From: Octopus bimaculoides
Taxonomy: Eukaryota
NCBI RefSeq assembly: GCF_001194135.2
Contig: NC_068981.1
Location: forward strand, 187,908,324 to 187,972,323
Direction: 5' to 3'
DNA length: 64,000 nt
Part shown: positions 24,155 to 39,100 of the stretch, piece after piece
Layout of the letters: every line of letters starts with the position of its first letter
Position numbering within the stretch: position 1 is the stretch's first letter
The notes under the pieces: generated by a model
Databases searched by the model: none
What the model was told of the DNA's origin: nothing
What the model saw: only the letters and a program-made list of their open reading frames with translations
Program-made: the position numbers and the translations under genes

Positions 24155-24778
24155 ATAAGGGAAGACAACTAAGCCTATGATAAACAATTACCGTTAAGGT
24201 GATAATTAGTCCATAGATATAAACTGTTTAATTTTCTACTGTGTTTGTCTGTGTTGCAGCGGCTTATGTCTTGTAAGAGCTGACTGTAATTTTCTAACAC
24301 CGTTTTTGTTAAATAACCGGCTCCTAAGAGATATCTGTGTTGTTTATAATTAAAAATAATCAATTATGGCTGGACTTCCTTAACAATAACATTAGGTTAC
24401 GATTATAAATTTGTAAAACGGAGTTATATAAGTTTTTTGTGCTAATTTGAATATTTGTATATATAAACCTTACAAGATGTTTAAAATTGATTAATGGTAT
24501 ATCCGTATTGTATCTTATTGAATGGGTTGGTCGATAGAATAGAAAATTCGGTATCGATCTGTAATATCAAATTGATGCTTGTTTTCGTTATTACACGCTT
24601 GGAGTGGTTGTTATTGCAAATGTGTGTGTGTGTGTATAAATATGTGTGTGCCTGTGTGTGTCTGTAAGTATACATAAATACATATACATATAAATATATA
24701 TTTATACATACATACATATATATATATGTATGTGTGAATATATATATATATATATAAGTATATATATATTCATATAAG

Positions 24779-24812
<34 letters not shown>

Positions 24813-27479
24813 CATACACATATACAGCTGCATATATATATGGTATTTAGGTAGTGTGTTACATATCCCAGTGCCCAATTAATTACAGGTACAAACCTCT
24901 GTGTGTATGTATGTATGTATGTATGTAACGACAACCTAATTTTATGTCATTGCTTGAGGCATATTCGAACCTGTAAGAAAGCTATCACTGTATTCAGTCA
25001 AGGAGAAAATTTCTCGCTAGAGACAAATAAGTTTAAATGCACCGAGTCAGTTCGCAGCGCTCCCTATTCAAACCGCTGAAATCATGTATTTCGGAGTCGT
25101 TATCTCTTCTTCAGCGGCAAACACTGGAGAGGTAAACGCTGCGATCTGTATCAATTGATATTCCTGTCATCGCTTAATGACTGGTAGCGCTAGTCAGCCT
25201 TTAGCCTTAAATAAAGTACAGGCTGAGAGCGTTAAGCAGTGATGTATATAAATACAATATATAATGTAGGCAGATATATACATAGATACAGGCGTTCGAT
25301 AAAGTAATCAATACATATGAAATAGTGTTAATATAATTTGAATTCGAATGCTGGCTATGCGAGAAATCAGCTTTTTCGATTTACTACACACACACAGATA
25401 CAGATGCATGCACATACACACATACACACACACACATAGTGTATCATGTGCATACAAATTGATGTACAACTACCACTGTAAACTTTAGAGAGTATCCACT
25501 ATCTAGTCTGCTTCCAGTACGGTGGTCAAGCAAATACGATGCTTAGTAGTATTTCTAGTTATAATATACAGAAAAAATTTTTAGGAGAAATTACAACAAA
25601 CATAAATCTGTCATTTCTTTCTGCGTGGGGTGGTTGTCTGCCACTCTACGTTAGGAGTTCCGAGTGTCCGAGTGCAATTGGATGCTTAACCCCAACGGAT
25701 CATTAAGGAGCATTTCATTGCATTATGTTACAGATATTGTTTCTCTGTAACATGATGCAATAAGATTCCCTGAATCCCTTATCGTGAAAAATCCAATTCC
25801 ATTTGGCACATCCTGTACAAAATTAAAAGAAACACAATGGTGAAACGTACGTAGGAGTAAATTATATAAACTTGGGTTTATCGAAATTTCTCCTACATAC
25901 ATACATAGATACCTAGATACATGCGCACACACACACACACGTACGCACGCACACGCACGCACGCACACATACATATGTATATGTGTATAATGCACAAAAC
26001 TCTCGAACCTTGAGTCATTCTATGACTTCTGCTAAATATTAATAAACACACACACACATCACACACACACATACATACACACAGATTATTAAAAGCAATG
26101 AACTCAAAAGTAAATAAAAGAAAATGCGAGATGTGTATTTTGTTATATTGTTGTATTAGCATATCGCTTAAAGGAAGGGAAAGACGTTTGACGTGTCGCA
26201 TTTCTTGAACGTCAGTCATTATCCGAAGAGTAAAAAAGAAAAGTAAGGGAGCATGAAAGAGAGAAAGTGGTTGGTGGAAAAAATTAGGGGTTTTGGAGAC
26301 AGGAGAGAACAGACAGTAAATATACTTTGGAGTGAATCTGGCTCCGCCGAGAGCAGAGTCGTAAATCGACGTCAAAATTCACAGTCAATTATGGTTTAGG
26401 CGGCTGAATAGCCACTGGAAGGTCTCCCCCTAAGGCGCTATGGTAAGGGAATAAAGAAGGGAGTAGTGATGAGGGGAACTGTATCGCTTATTGGACTGAA
26501 GCCATGCCAGGGCTCTGGTTATAAGGATTTAGCTGAGAAAAATCTACACCTGCACCTATTTTACGTTTCGTACTGTGTTTCCTGTCAGCTGTGTTTGAGC
26601 TGACGGTAGAGAATAATTATTCAGGTATTTGACTACTAATTTTATTAGATCGAGCAACTAACTTGGTGGCCCCTCATTGATTAATTATATATGACAACTT
26701 CTAATTTACACGAGTGGTGATGCAGAGATAACTGAGTGAATCTCATGACCAACAACACCACCACCAACAACAATTAAATTACTTTCTGCATTTAGTATTT
26801 TCCTTTCTATACACTGTCGTGGGTAAGACTTTCCATTCAACTTTCTATTGTCAATTAAATACTAAGCACATTATGTCATCTAATTCAGTCAATAGTTACT
26901 CAAACATGCATGAAGATGATGTATTAGAACTTTCTCGAGGATAACTATCTATTGAAACATTTTCAATTATAAAGCTGTGATCAGTTACATTTGGCACGTT
27001 CGTGTATTTAAACATGAATAAAGACCTTCGCTGCGGAAACTATCGTACACACGAACGTGATGGATGTATCTGTACAAGGACAGCTTTATTTTAATCATCG
27101 CAATTTAGTGTGACAGTAATTAATTCTTAACTATATCATTAGTGAGGCAATTCAATTAAAATGGATATGTCTTTTTTATTGATTAAAAATAAACATCTAA
27201 TATCTTTCATAATTTGATTATTCAAATACGAACCATGAAAATTACTATGTCAGCCAAAATGTCGTAATTTCTAGTTGATGGGGGAGTGCAGTCAATAACA
27301 TCAATTACGTCGATACCAGTACTAGACAGATAATTTATTTTATCGATCACAGAAGGATGAAAGTAAAAGTTTTCCCTTTCGGGATTCGAAACATAATTTA
27401 AAGAAATACCAATTGTTACGAAATACATTTCAATCGGTATTTTATCGATTCTGCCATCCATTCAGACATCGGCCATATT

Positions 27480-27760
27480 ATGTTTTATCATTTTCCTTGG
27501 TTCACCCTCAATGTTAAAGACCACACTTTCATACTATTTACTCGGATAGTTGGAGAATAGGTCTTGCCAGAGCTTACTCTACTGTTCATTCGAAGGCACA
27601 TGGATGCTTCTGCTTTTTCGATAGGCAGCGTTTTATAAATATCCTCCCAGAACTTTTGATAATGGATTCGTTGAACAAAGAGACATCCTTTTTGTAACAT
27701 CTCTCCCAAGCAGTAGTTTATCCGAAACATCTTTCTGTTCTGTTGCAATAGCAACCCTAT
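27480..27760 (-). mobile_element. Decayed non-LTR retrotransposon ORF fragment (clade uncertain)
   Basis: KFWEDIYKTLP..RMNSRVS resembles either the RTE endonuclease (FYEDL..GD.NARVG) or the R4 N-terminal region (QN..FR.N..FW.DIW). Confidence 0.35.
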
Positions 27761-28009
27761 ATCACTGTGTTATCCTTACATTTTAAAATCTATATTGCTT
27801 TTTTTTTTAGTCCTATTCATAAAAGTGTTTACCACTTTTTCTCTTTATTCAATTGTCATCGCTTCTTTTACGCTTGTCTTTTTATTTCAACATTTTCAAA
27901 TTGCTTTAAAAATATTTGAGGGCCTCTTTTGCGCCAACGTTTGTGTCTGAAACAACTTTTTGCTAATCCAGAGGAAGCCATATTACGCTAAAATTAGACA
28001 ATGTCAATA

Positions 28010-28118
<109 letters not shown>

Positions 28119-28239
28119 TTAAACAATTTCGAATGACAAAACAATATATTTCCATCGTAGACTAATAAAATAGGAAAAAATTTGGGGGTTCAGAATTCCT
28201 TTATTGCAAGCATTATTCATTCATCCGTCTGTTGTTGTT

Positions 28240-28445
28240 GACAATGATCGAGGACATCATCTGGGAGAAGAATAAGGTGTCAAGGCACGGTGTCAGGCTC
28301 TGGCTAGTCAGTCCGATGCGTGCTCGGAAGACTCTGCCGCAGGTCTAGCACTAATGGTCTGCTAGAACTGAAGACGAGGAGTTGGCTCTCGACTTTGTGC
28401 CCCTGCAATCCTGTTCTCTTCGTAGGAAGTGGCATCTCGGTCCGT
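28240..28445 (+). mobile_element. Probable RTE-type APE endonuclease relic
   Basis: ..RHGV..STNGLLELKT..KWHL.. resembles the RTE blocks HG.GKCNSNGLLLL.TC and KHWHLIDY. Confidence 0.4.
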
Positions 28446-28719
28446 GCAGTTTCCCTGGGGAGGGCAAAACCAGCAGCAACTGCAATAAAAGTAATTATTG
28501 CTTCTATGTGAAGCACAAAGCCAGTAGTTTTTGGTGTGACGACGTTCAGTCGATTTTATCAACTCCCAATACCTCACAGAATGCTTGTTTCATTAATTTT
28601 GTGAAGAAAATGCAAAATTTACTTTGGAAGTAAAGACCTCAAACTAACTTTGCAAGGTATTTTCTCCAAAGCACCTATAACGATTCTAACAGTGTATCAC
28701 CCTTAAGTGTTTCTGATTT

Positions 28720-29150
28720 AGGCACAAGTAATTTTGAGGAGAGGGGCCAGTCGATTTCTTCTACCGCAGTTGTTTCCAAGTACTTTATTTTATCAATCCT
28801 GAAAAATTAGACAACAATAAATTTGAAATTAAGCACAAAGCTAGAAATTGAAGACAAGGTATAATATATTTGATCGACCACGAAAGATAAAACCCAAAGT
28901 TGCCCTCGATGGGATTTGAACTCGTAAATGTAAAAGATACAAAAGATATTTTTCTGCAAAGTATTCTTTCAACGCCCCCAACGTTTCTGCCAATGTATCA
29001 CTCCCTGATTACTTACATAAACTAGAAATTGGGGCGCGGGTTCAGTCGTTCAACTAACTCCAGTACGTGACTGGCAGTTTATTTTGGCTACCCCAGTGAG
29101 ATGAAAAATAATGTTGACTTTGGCGTGATTTGAACTTAGAACTTAAAGAC
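28720..29150 (-). mobile_element. Two degraded SINE A/B copies
   Basis: GGATTTGAACTCGTAAATGTAAAGA and GTGATTTGAACTTAGAACTTAAAGAC blocks. Confidence 0.55.
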
Positions 29151-29928
29151 ACATAAATGTGCTAGCTACACAATCTATTCTTTAACACATCCTTCAAATA
29201 TACAGTATAGCTGTTACCCTATATATATATATATATAAGATATTGTGATGTTTATTATTTGATGTTTCTTTGTGTTTTATATATTACATTCATTTTGACA
29301 ACTACGCATGTCACTAGTATATGCAATCAATCATTTCTATGCAGACTCGAATATAAACAGAATTGTCAGTTGTAGCGTTGTGGGATTAGGATTTCTTATC
29401 TCTTCTACACATTGAAATAATTTTGTTCTGTTATTTTTTTCGATGTAACATTTATAACAAATATTTTTACAGAATAAAGACATTGAATTAAGCCAATGAA
29501 GTGCTTCCACAAATGTAATAAAATACATATGTTATGCAGCTGCTGATATTCACCAGATTTTCTCACGTTTCTGTTGACCTGGAAAACATAAATTTCTCTT
29601 CTTCAAATCAAAAATTAGTTATAGTTTTCTCAAACAGAACTTCACATACTTCTGGGTAACCATTTAATAGGTTTAAACGCGATGTCTTGAACAAATATTT
29701 CTCTTACTTCGTCTTCATTTTTGATATTAAAGAATATCAAAAGATCGATACCATCCATCAGCAAACAGTCTTGCATTTTTATGTGCCAGGGGGTGAGTAT
29801 TCGTGAAAAAAAAATCGATAGCGAGCTAAAACCAGAAGCAAAATGTAAATAGATATTATGCAGGCATACACATAGATATGCATAAAACAAACGTTTGTGT
29901 GTAATAGTGTCTGTATATGCACAGAATG

Positions 29929-29977
<49 letters not shown>

Positions 29978-30249
29978 TAGATATTTGTTGCATACAAAAT
30001 TACTTAGTCACACAAGAATTTGTTGCGTACAAAATTATATAGGCACACAAGCCTATGTTTATGTAAATATACGTAGGCATTTAGCATTTGTTTGTACACT
30101 TTTTACCAAACCAGCCGGCTGAGGAGCGAGATTGTCTCTGACGATGGTAATTCCTTCAATATTTTACACTCGTGAGATTGATACGGTTTAAGTTGAAAAA
30201 TCTGTAAATGAATAAGTTTAGGAAAACCTGATCGGAAAGGAATTGCAAT

Positions 30250-30620
30250 GTTTTGCATTTCTGAGGTAGATGGATTGGGAGAAATATTTCTTTAGAAATA
30301 TATTAAAGATAAGAAACATGATCTGTAGGTTTGATTGTTCTGAGAAGTGAAAATCGATTAGTTGTTTCAGTGGAACAAAAGCCCTTGATGAAAATACAAT
30401 CAGTTGTGAGAGAAGTCGTGAGATTCTGAGACAATGGTTAGCGTTGTTATTGCTTAACTCCAAGTCATCTATTTTCGAACGGATTCACACAAAGCTAGTT
30501 TGTCTGGAGAGACGGAGCATGTATGAATTTCTGGTGCGATTAGGCGATTGAAAGATCAAGTCTCCTCTTTGTCTTCGTGTCTGTAACTCATCTTCAACTG
30601 GGTTAGGCTGAAATGAAGTG
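30250..30620 (-). mobile_element. Possible CR1-type LINE 3' relic
   Basis: Minus strand LQTRRQRGDLI..HCLRISR..FSSRAF resembles CR1 C-terminal blocks (L.YRR.RGDLI; H.LKL..FFS.RV). Confidence 0.3.
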
Positions 30621-30846
30621 ACTAGCATGTTTTATTCTTGAAAAATGAATCTACGAATTAACGATCGTGAGCCCAATACATCAACGACCAGGTCACTCGC
30701 CATTAACGCATGGCCACATAGCAATAGTTGAAGCCAGTATCAGAATACAAGAAATGATTAACATTGAAGCTGGAATAGGTCGGTGGATGGACGAACATGT
30801 TGCTTGTCCATCGATTGGAGTGGAATCCAGAATATATACACATATG

Positions 30847-30878
<32 letters not shown>

Positions 30879-31637
30879 CGCATACATATGCATATTTATA
30901 GATACGCACTAGACAATTTGTCACATACAGAAGTTAGCTCTGGAGTGCATCGCATGAAGGTAATGTAAAGAATAAAATAGAGACTGGCTCTTAGAGGAAT
31001 TCAGTGATGGGAGAAATTTTAGGACGTATCAACGGTGAAGGAATTAGATGTGGGAAACAGTGTTTGTGAGGTGTTTTATTATGTGTGTCATGAGAATTTA
31101 GGAGTGAAATGGGGAACAAATGTGAAGCTTCCTTCAGCTTGTTTGAAGAAATGCTGTGCAGGAGGGACTTCTTAATGATGACAGAATATTTTGTCAAGAA
31201 ACCAATCGGTCCCTCTACAATTTAGAATCGGGAATCATGTGTCATGTACGAAACTATTTTTTACTTTGCACATGGTAACCTTGCAACCAGGCAGTTGACG
31301 AGTTTGATCAGGTATTGGAAGTAGTGTTCATTGTATGCACTGCTGTAGCATAGCTGTGTGCGAACTGAACTAGAACGGCCGTGTAGACTTTAAGTTTAGC
31401 GGTGAGAAATAGACTATGATATTTTATATATTTTGCAAGAAAACGAGCAGGTGTTGATATCAACTGCTTGGAGCAGTTGACGGTAACAAACAACTCGGTT
31501 TCTCCGTCAGTTGACGTGGTATTGAACGAGAGCAAGGTTATGTTGTGTACATTGTAGAAACGGAAGAGTATAACTTCAGAAACAGCAATACGAATTCGGT
31601 TTTCATTACAGGAAGTCTGATTATCATTGAAGAGTAC

Positions 31638-31641
<4 letters not shown>

Positions 31642-31735
<94 letters not shown>
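31642..31735. repeat. (GA)n microsatellite
   Basis: Direct reading. Confidence 0.95.
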
Positions 31736-31736
<1 letters not shown>

Positions 31737-32753
31737 AGAAGTATTTAGAAGAATAGAAAAGACATTCTTGACGCAGATTGAGAAGCTAAGAGGTAAGAAT
31801 GAAGGTGTTTTTGTATACGAAGAAAACCTTTCTGAGCAATGCAGGAATATAGAATGTAGTATGAGCAAGAAAGATGAATTAGAGTTATACAGTAAGAGAC
31901 TTGAGAGCTCTGTATATGGCTTGTATGTTAAGGAGCTGGTGGGTAAATTATGACTCTGACCAAAATTATGAAATATTGAATGAAAAAGGTGAATGAAAAT
32001 TGTCTAAGGCTATAAGTTATGTTTCATAAATGGTTACACTTTCATCTCTCTTTTTTGTTTTACGTTTATTGCCCATCCTCTACGATCCCTGTAAAAATAT
32101 GTTAAGCAGTGGATGCTGGTGAATTATATAACATTCCTTTCGAAGTTCTGTTCTCGTTAGGCCATCAATCATGAATTGCAAAGGATTCGGGATTATGCGC
32201 CAGAAAACACAAAATCCTCTCCAAGCGTTTGTGTCTGATCTACAATACATAACGAAACTATGGATCATCCTACCGAGTGACCCTCACTTGCGACTGGGTT
32301 GTGTATGAATATGTATGGATGTATGTGTGTGTTTGAGAATGCGTGAGCACAGATCTATAATAACTATAGAATCAGGGGGAAAAATATATAGACAAAGATC
32401 TATAAAATGCACAGCTATAGCGCAAAAGGGAATGAAGTGTACAGAGAAATGGAATCATATAACAGAGCTGAAGAAGTAAATAATGAATTTACAGTTTGTA
32501 TTAATTACAAATATGGACGATATAAAAGATCTTTAATTCTGCTGCTGCAAACTCTGTAGACGTACATAATGGTTAAGTCAATAGATTATCCTCTCCATTT
32601 CGTTCATTCCCGCTGTTTCGCATCCCTAAGCAACAATAACCGTTATCAATCAATAGTGAAAAGTCATATTAATTAAATCCGTTAGGCACTGATAAATAAC
32701 ATGTTTGCATGCAGAGAAATATGGAAATTCATGTTCACACAATAAACCTAGAT

Positions 32754-32796
<43 letters not shown>

Positions 32797-33414
32797 AATA
32801 AAATATATTCAAATAAATGAGCATGTGTATGTACATACATATATTCATATATANNNNNNNNNNNNNNNNNNNNNNNNNNNNNNNNNNNNNNNNNNNNNNN
32901 NNNNNNNNNNNNNNNNNNNNNNNNNNNNNNNNNNNNNNNNNNNNNNNNNNNNNNNNNNNNNNNNNNNNNNNNNNNNNNNNNNNNNNNNNNNNNNNNNNNN
33001 NNNNNNNNNNNNNNNNNNNNNNNNNNNNNNNNNNNNNNNNNNNNNNNNNNNNNNNNNNNNNNNNNNNNNNNNNNNNNNNNNNNNNNNNNNNNNNNNNNNN
33101 NNNNNNNNNNNNNNNNNNNNNNNNNNNNNNNNNNNNNNNNNNNNNNNNNNNNNNNNNNNNNNNNNNNNNNNNNNNNNNNNNNNNNNNNNNNNNNNNNNNN
33201 NNNNNNNNNNNNNNNNNNNNNNNNNNNNNNNNNNNNNNNNNNNNNNNNNNNNNNNNNNNNNNNNNNNNNNNNNNNNNNNNNNNNNNNNNNNNNNNNNNNN
33301 NNNNNNNNNNNNNNNNNNNNNNNNNNNNNNNNNNNNNNNNNNNNNNNNNNNNNNNNNNNNNNNNTATATATATACATACATATACACACAAACACATACA
33401 CACACACGTATATA

Positions 33415-33445
<31 letters not shown>

Positions 33446-34084
33446 AGTTGCGTACGTCCTGGGTGGGCTGAAACCCATTGTATTCTTAATGCAGCGCTCG
33501 ATATGAACTCTTGGCTATCTATATTTCTATCCTGGGACTTTGAAATAGGAGCAGTTCTACTGATGCAGGAACACCAGGTACTTAACTGGTAAATCCAGTT
33601 TGTAAGCATTTCGGGTAGTAAAATATAAGTCAGAAGACAAAGACTGCATCTAACGCATTTTAATAATCGTTACAATTGTTTCTGTGCCTCTTGCAATATG
33701 AATATGTCGGAATGATATATTTCAATTAAGTCTTAAATCGTGCTTTTATACGTAAGCAATGACAAGTACAAGTTCTCCGCTTAGGAGGAATTTCAACCAT
33801 GTTTCGTGGTCTGCTACCACAACAGCTCCTGTATAGGATCCAGTTAGCTCAAGACATCATCGGGAGGAACCACGTACGGTTTCGGCCCCTACTCCTCTAC
33901 CGTTTTGACGTGATTTTTGTAGACTTTTCCTACACGATTTAGACATCTGACTACTTTAACTGTGCATGTTCGTGTGCCGATGTGAGTGAATATGTATATA
34001 TTATCCGGCGATATTTAAGTCGATCTTAGTGCAGTGCTGTGTTCAATTTAATCGACAATATCTTCCCTCCAAAATTTATGGCAG

Positions 34085-34285
34085 AAATGTTAGCACGCCG
34101 TGGGAAATGCTTAGCGGTATTTCGTCTGTCTTTATGTTTTGAGTTCAAATTCCTTCGAAGTCGACTTTGCCATTCATCCTTCTTGGGATTGACAAACTAA
34201 GTACCAGTTGCGTACTGCGGTCGATCTACTCAACTGGCCCACTCCCCCAAAACTTCGGACTGTGTGGCTAGAGTAGAAAAGGATA
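34085..34285 (+). mobile_element. SINE family A/B (B tail)
   Basis: GTTAGCACGCCGTGGGAAATGCTTAGCGGTATTTCGTC..GAGTTCAAATTCC..AGAGTAGAAAAGG. Confidence 0.8.
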
Positions 34286-34690
34286 TTTAAACTGATCTCA
34301 TTGGTCGTCTCTGCTAAGAAGAAACAGCCATTCACACCAACCCACTTCCTTCATATACGAACGCATGAGTATCTAAATATAATGATGATCGATTTACGAA
34401 CTTTACAGTTGTACACAATCTGTAAGGAAATTATACGAAATTTTGAGGAAAAATATCTTGATTAACAAGATAACACAATGTGACTACTTTTGCATATCTA
34501 AACGACAATCTCTTTCTCATACATACGTATGTACATACATACATGCATACATACATACAATCATGTACATACATATATATGTATATATATATTATATATA
34601 TTCATACATATACATGTATATGCATGTATGTGTGTGTATATATATGTATATATATATTATATATATACGCATATAGATAAATAGATGGAT

Positions 34691-34734
<44 letters not shown>

Positions 34735-36147
34735 TACAGAAGGTAGTGTGGAAGCGATATTAGGATAAAATATACGGCGAATATGTCGCAGTGAGTATGG
34801 CGGAAAATTAGCATTAAAATCATAAATTTGATTTCATATATTTTTAGTGCTTGAGAAAATATAAGCGAATACTAGAAGTAATTAACAGTTATTGCTAATC
34901 GTAATGTATGAAATATTATACATAATAAACATAAAACTTGTTTACGAGATAAGAAATATTTATCACCGGTTCACCTTTGAATATTGCACATTTGTATTGG
35001 GTAAAGCAAACTTAACATATACATGCATACAAATACAACTACACACAACAGGCACGCACGCACACACACACACACACACACATACATACATACAAACATA
35101 CATACATAGACACAAAGTGTGAGCTCATAATGTGTGTGTACAAAATATGCATGTATTCATGTCTGTGTACATTCATGTACATATGTACGCGTATATATCA
35201 ATATATATATGCGTATATATGCACATATATGCATATATATATATATATATATATATATANNNNNNNNNNNNNNNNNNNNNNNNNNNNNNNNNNNNNNNNN
35301 NNNNNNNNNNNNNNNNNNNNNNNNNNNNNNNNNNNNNNNNNNNNNNNNNNNNNNNNNNNNNNNNNNNNNNNNNNNNNNNNNNNNNNNNNNNNNNNNNNNN
35401 NNNNNNNNNNNNNNNNNNNNNNNNNNNNNNNNNNNNNNNNNNNNNNNNNNNNNNNNNNNNNNNNNNNNNNNNNNNNNNNNNNNNNNNNNNNNNNNNNNNN
35501 NNNNNNNNNNNNNNNNNNNNNNNNNNNNNNNNNNNNNNNNNNNNNNNNNNNNNNNNNNNNNNNNNNNNNNNNNNNNNNNNNNNNNNNNNNNNNNNNNNNN
35601 NNNNNNNNNNNNNNNNNNNNNNNNNNNNNNNNNNNNNNNNNNNNNNNNNNNNNNNNNNNNNNNNNNNNNNNNNNNNNNNNNNNNNNNNNNNNNNNNNNNN
35701 NNNNNNNNNNNNNNNNNNNNNNNNNNNNNNNNNNNNNNNNNNNNNNNNNNNNNNNNNNNNNNNNNNNNNNNNNNNNNNNNNNNNNNNNNNNNNNNNNNNN
35801 NNNNNNNNNNNNNNNNNNNNNNNNNNNNNNNNNNNNNNNNNNNNNNNNNNNNNNNNNNNNNNNNNNNNNNNNNNNNNNNNNNNNNNNNNNNNNNNNNNNN
35901 NNNNNNNNNNNNNNNNNNNNNNNNNNNNNNNNNNNNNNNNNNNNNNNNNNNNNNNNNNNNNNNNNNNNNNNNNNNNNNNNNNNNNNNNNNNNNNNNNNNN
36001 NNNNNNNNNNNNNNNNNNNNNNNNNNNNNNNNNNNNNNNNNNNNNNNNNNNNNNNNNNNNNNNNNNNNNNNNNNNNNNNNNNNNNNNNNNNNNNNNNNNN
36101 NNNNNNNNNNNNNNNNNNNNNNNNNNNNNNNNNNNNNNNNNNNNNNN

Positions 36148-36188
<41 letters not shown>

Positions 36189-39100
36189 CTGTCCAGCATG
36201 TGAGTGTGTACGTTGTGTAGTTGTTCTCTCAATTTATTCCTTTATCAAAGTTAGAGAAAGACAGAAATGTCAAGTTAGTTATCTCTTTTCTTCTTACACA
36301 AAATAAAAGAAAAAAAAAAGTCGGCGGTGATTGTGATCTCTATAGCTAATTTGTGCAGATCAACTCGATAAATCATACTGTATAGAAGAATTGTTATTAT
36401 TTTTCTCTTTTCCAGTTAAATCACAATGACTTACTTGCTATCCTCGCTAGCAACACACACTCCAGCTCCACTGTCCTTACATATTAATGATCCACGCGCT
36501 AGACCTGCACTACTTCTGTGTACAAAGAGATTGTGTATTCCATTCAATGTAGAAATAACAATTAAGTCTTTTTCAAAAGCACAAAGACACAATCGCCCCA
36601 CACATTTATCATGAAAACAGTAAGCTAGTACTCTGTATCCAGTAAACAGTACCGTACTTCGTCGCCTATAGTCATGAATAAAACACAATTGAATGCTTTC
36701 GGTTAGTCTCTCACGATCTCTGGTACCCTTTGAAATCGATCCCACATATGTAAGATTGACAAACTTTCATCACAGACTATGATCCTGGTTTAGAGTACAA
36801 AGTACAATCGAGAACTGTACATATATAGCACTGTGTTGTTCCTTTCGTGCACAAATTCAAGACCCTTGACTGCAAATGAAATATGCTACATGAATTATCA
36901 AAGTACACAAGTTCAGAGATGCTTTCTCTCTGTACCTATTTTATTAATAGTACAACGGCTTTTGTTTCTTCTGCAACTAATACAAAAGTATCTGACTCTA
37001 CCATTAGTTTTCTACATTCAGAAAGCAAACAAAATGTATTGAATATTTTTAAGCATTAAATAGAAAAAATATAGTAAGAAAAATGACAACTTTCATGCTT
37101 TTCAGTAATATATTGTCAAACCCGATGACAGGTAAGCGAATGAGATAAATGGAACACTTTGAAAGTGTCAAATTCGACTAAAATATACACATCGTTCCAG
37201 ACCAATTTTGACATATTTTACTGAAATTTTAATATCACAGAAATATTTATTAGCAATATATCAAACAAGACTCAGATTTGTATAGCTTGAAAATAACTAT
37301 ATACACCAAGATATTAAGACAAAATAGAAGCCAGTAAGAGAAGTGAAATGACATACAATACAAACTGGAAATGTAGTTACAGATGTATGTGTGTGTGTGT
37401 GTGTATGTGTGTGTATGTGTGCATTCGATGTGTGTGCGATTGTGAATTTCAAGAAATACGTATGTTTATATGTGTGTATTTGTATTCATATATATAACAT
37501 CAACATACACATATACACGCATACATATGCATGCAAAAAGTATGTTTTTATATATACATGCATGCGTGTGAGTATACACATTTTATGATTTCGCTTAATC
37601 ATAGTGACGCATATAACCATTTGTTAGAATTTAATATACTTATGCTTTAGAGTAATGTTTTGGGCGGATGCAGAGCATTAGAACAGTTAATGATTTACAA
37701 AAGGACATTCCCCAGTTACGTATTCCCCTTCATTAACTTACAACTGTTTCTACTATAAGGAGTAAAACATATATATGTACATGCTCGTAAAATTTGAAAC
37801 CAATATTTTGCTAATTTTATAACGGTTAACATTTCATACTTAACTCAATGGCAAATATGTTGAACTGTTTTAAATTTTGATCTACTATTAGGTAGACTTT
37901 TATCAGATTCCATAGCGTTCACTTTTGACTTTTTTATATACACAATCAGTAATTTGTAACAAAGAGGTCAGCATGCTTTGATACATTTAATCTTCAATTA
38001 TGATAACATTTATTTTTAAGAATTTGAAAATGTTTCAGTAGTCAGTCTTTCGTAAGAATCTTAAGATATTAAAGATTACATAACCACAACAAACACACCA
38101 ATCATTATCATTAACAAATATAATATTGGAAATAAACGTGCGAATGGACGTGATATAAATGTCCATAAAAATATAGCTACTACTAACGAAAGCGTTTTCA
38201 GCATTCATTTTTTCCTTATTTTGTAGGGATGGGGTTAATAATTTATCGGCAATAAATTAAGTACGGAATTAGTAAATTATATGACTAGAGATAGTTTAAA
38301 TAGTTTAATGCGATGCAAATGGTAATGTACAGAGTATAATTATTGATACATGATATAATCCACATTTTAATGAGGATACATTATTTATAAGCAAACATTG
38401 ACAAATGTGCATGTACTTATTTGTTTAATACGCACACACACTCTATAATAGATAGTCATATATACGAAACATACTCCTCTGTTAAACGCTTTGCTATTAC
38501 TTTAATTTACAATAATTTTACAGTATCTGGATATTTAGCCAAAACTGTAAGTTCATCGTGTTATTAACAACAAACAATTCGCCTCCGCTTTTATTTAATT
38601 ACCACAGTGCTCTCTGAAATTCACATGAAAGTGATTTCTTCCAACGATAATTTATGATTCATTCTAATGATATTGAAACCATTTCAGTTCTTTACATTTT
38701 TAATTATGACTAATCAGTCTCGAGACATTGAACCTAAAGTAGTCCTTATTTTTCAAGCAAAGCATAACCACCCATTCTGCAAATATAACATTTCCTGTGC
38801 TGCTACCTTTCTATCACAACTTAACCATTTGGATTTGAAAACATGAAATATGAAATAATTCTATCAGTCAAATTGTTCATTTGATTGCAAAATATGGTGA
38901 ATTGCTTTCGCCCACAAACCTTTCAATTCAAAGAGAAAATCTAGACATAACACACATACTTTTAATCATCAAGATACGTAAAAAAAGTAATACTGTTTTT
39001 ATTGACACTGAATACTCAATTTCTTTGATATAAAATAACGATTTAATTGAGAAATGAAATTGCTTGATAAGAATCATTTAAGGATACTTTGTTATAAATC

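Noticed and set aside
25021-25131. 111-nt AG..GT-bounded open frame (RQISLNAPSQFAALPIQ..)
   Set aside because: Weak polypyrimidine tract and no recognisable homology; chance level.
30960-31950. Possible further LINE remnants (e.g. AKLKVYTAVL)
   Set aside because: Too degenerate to assign by eye.
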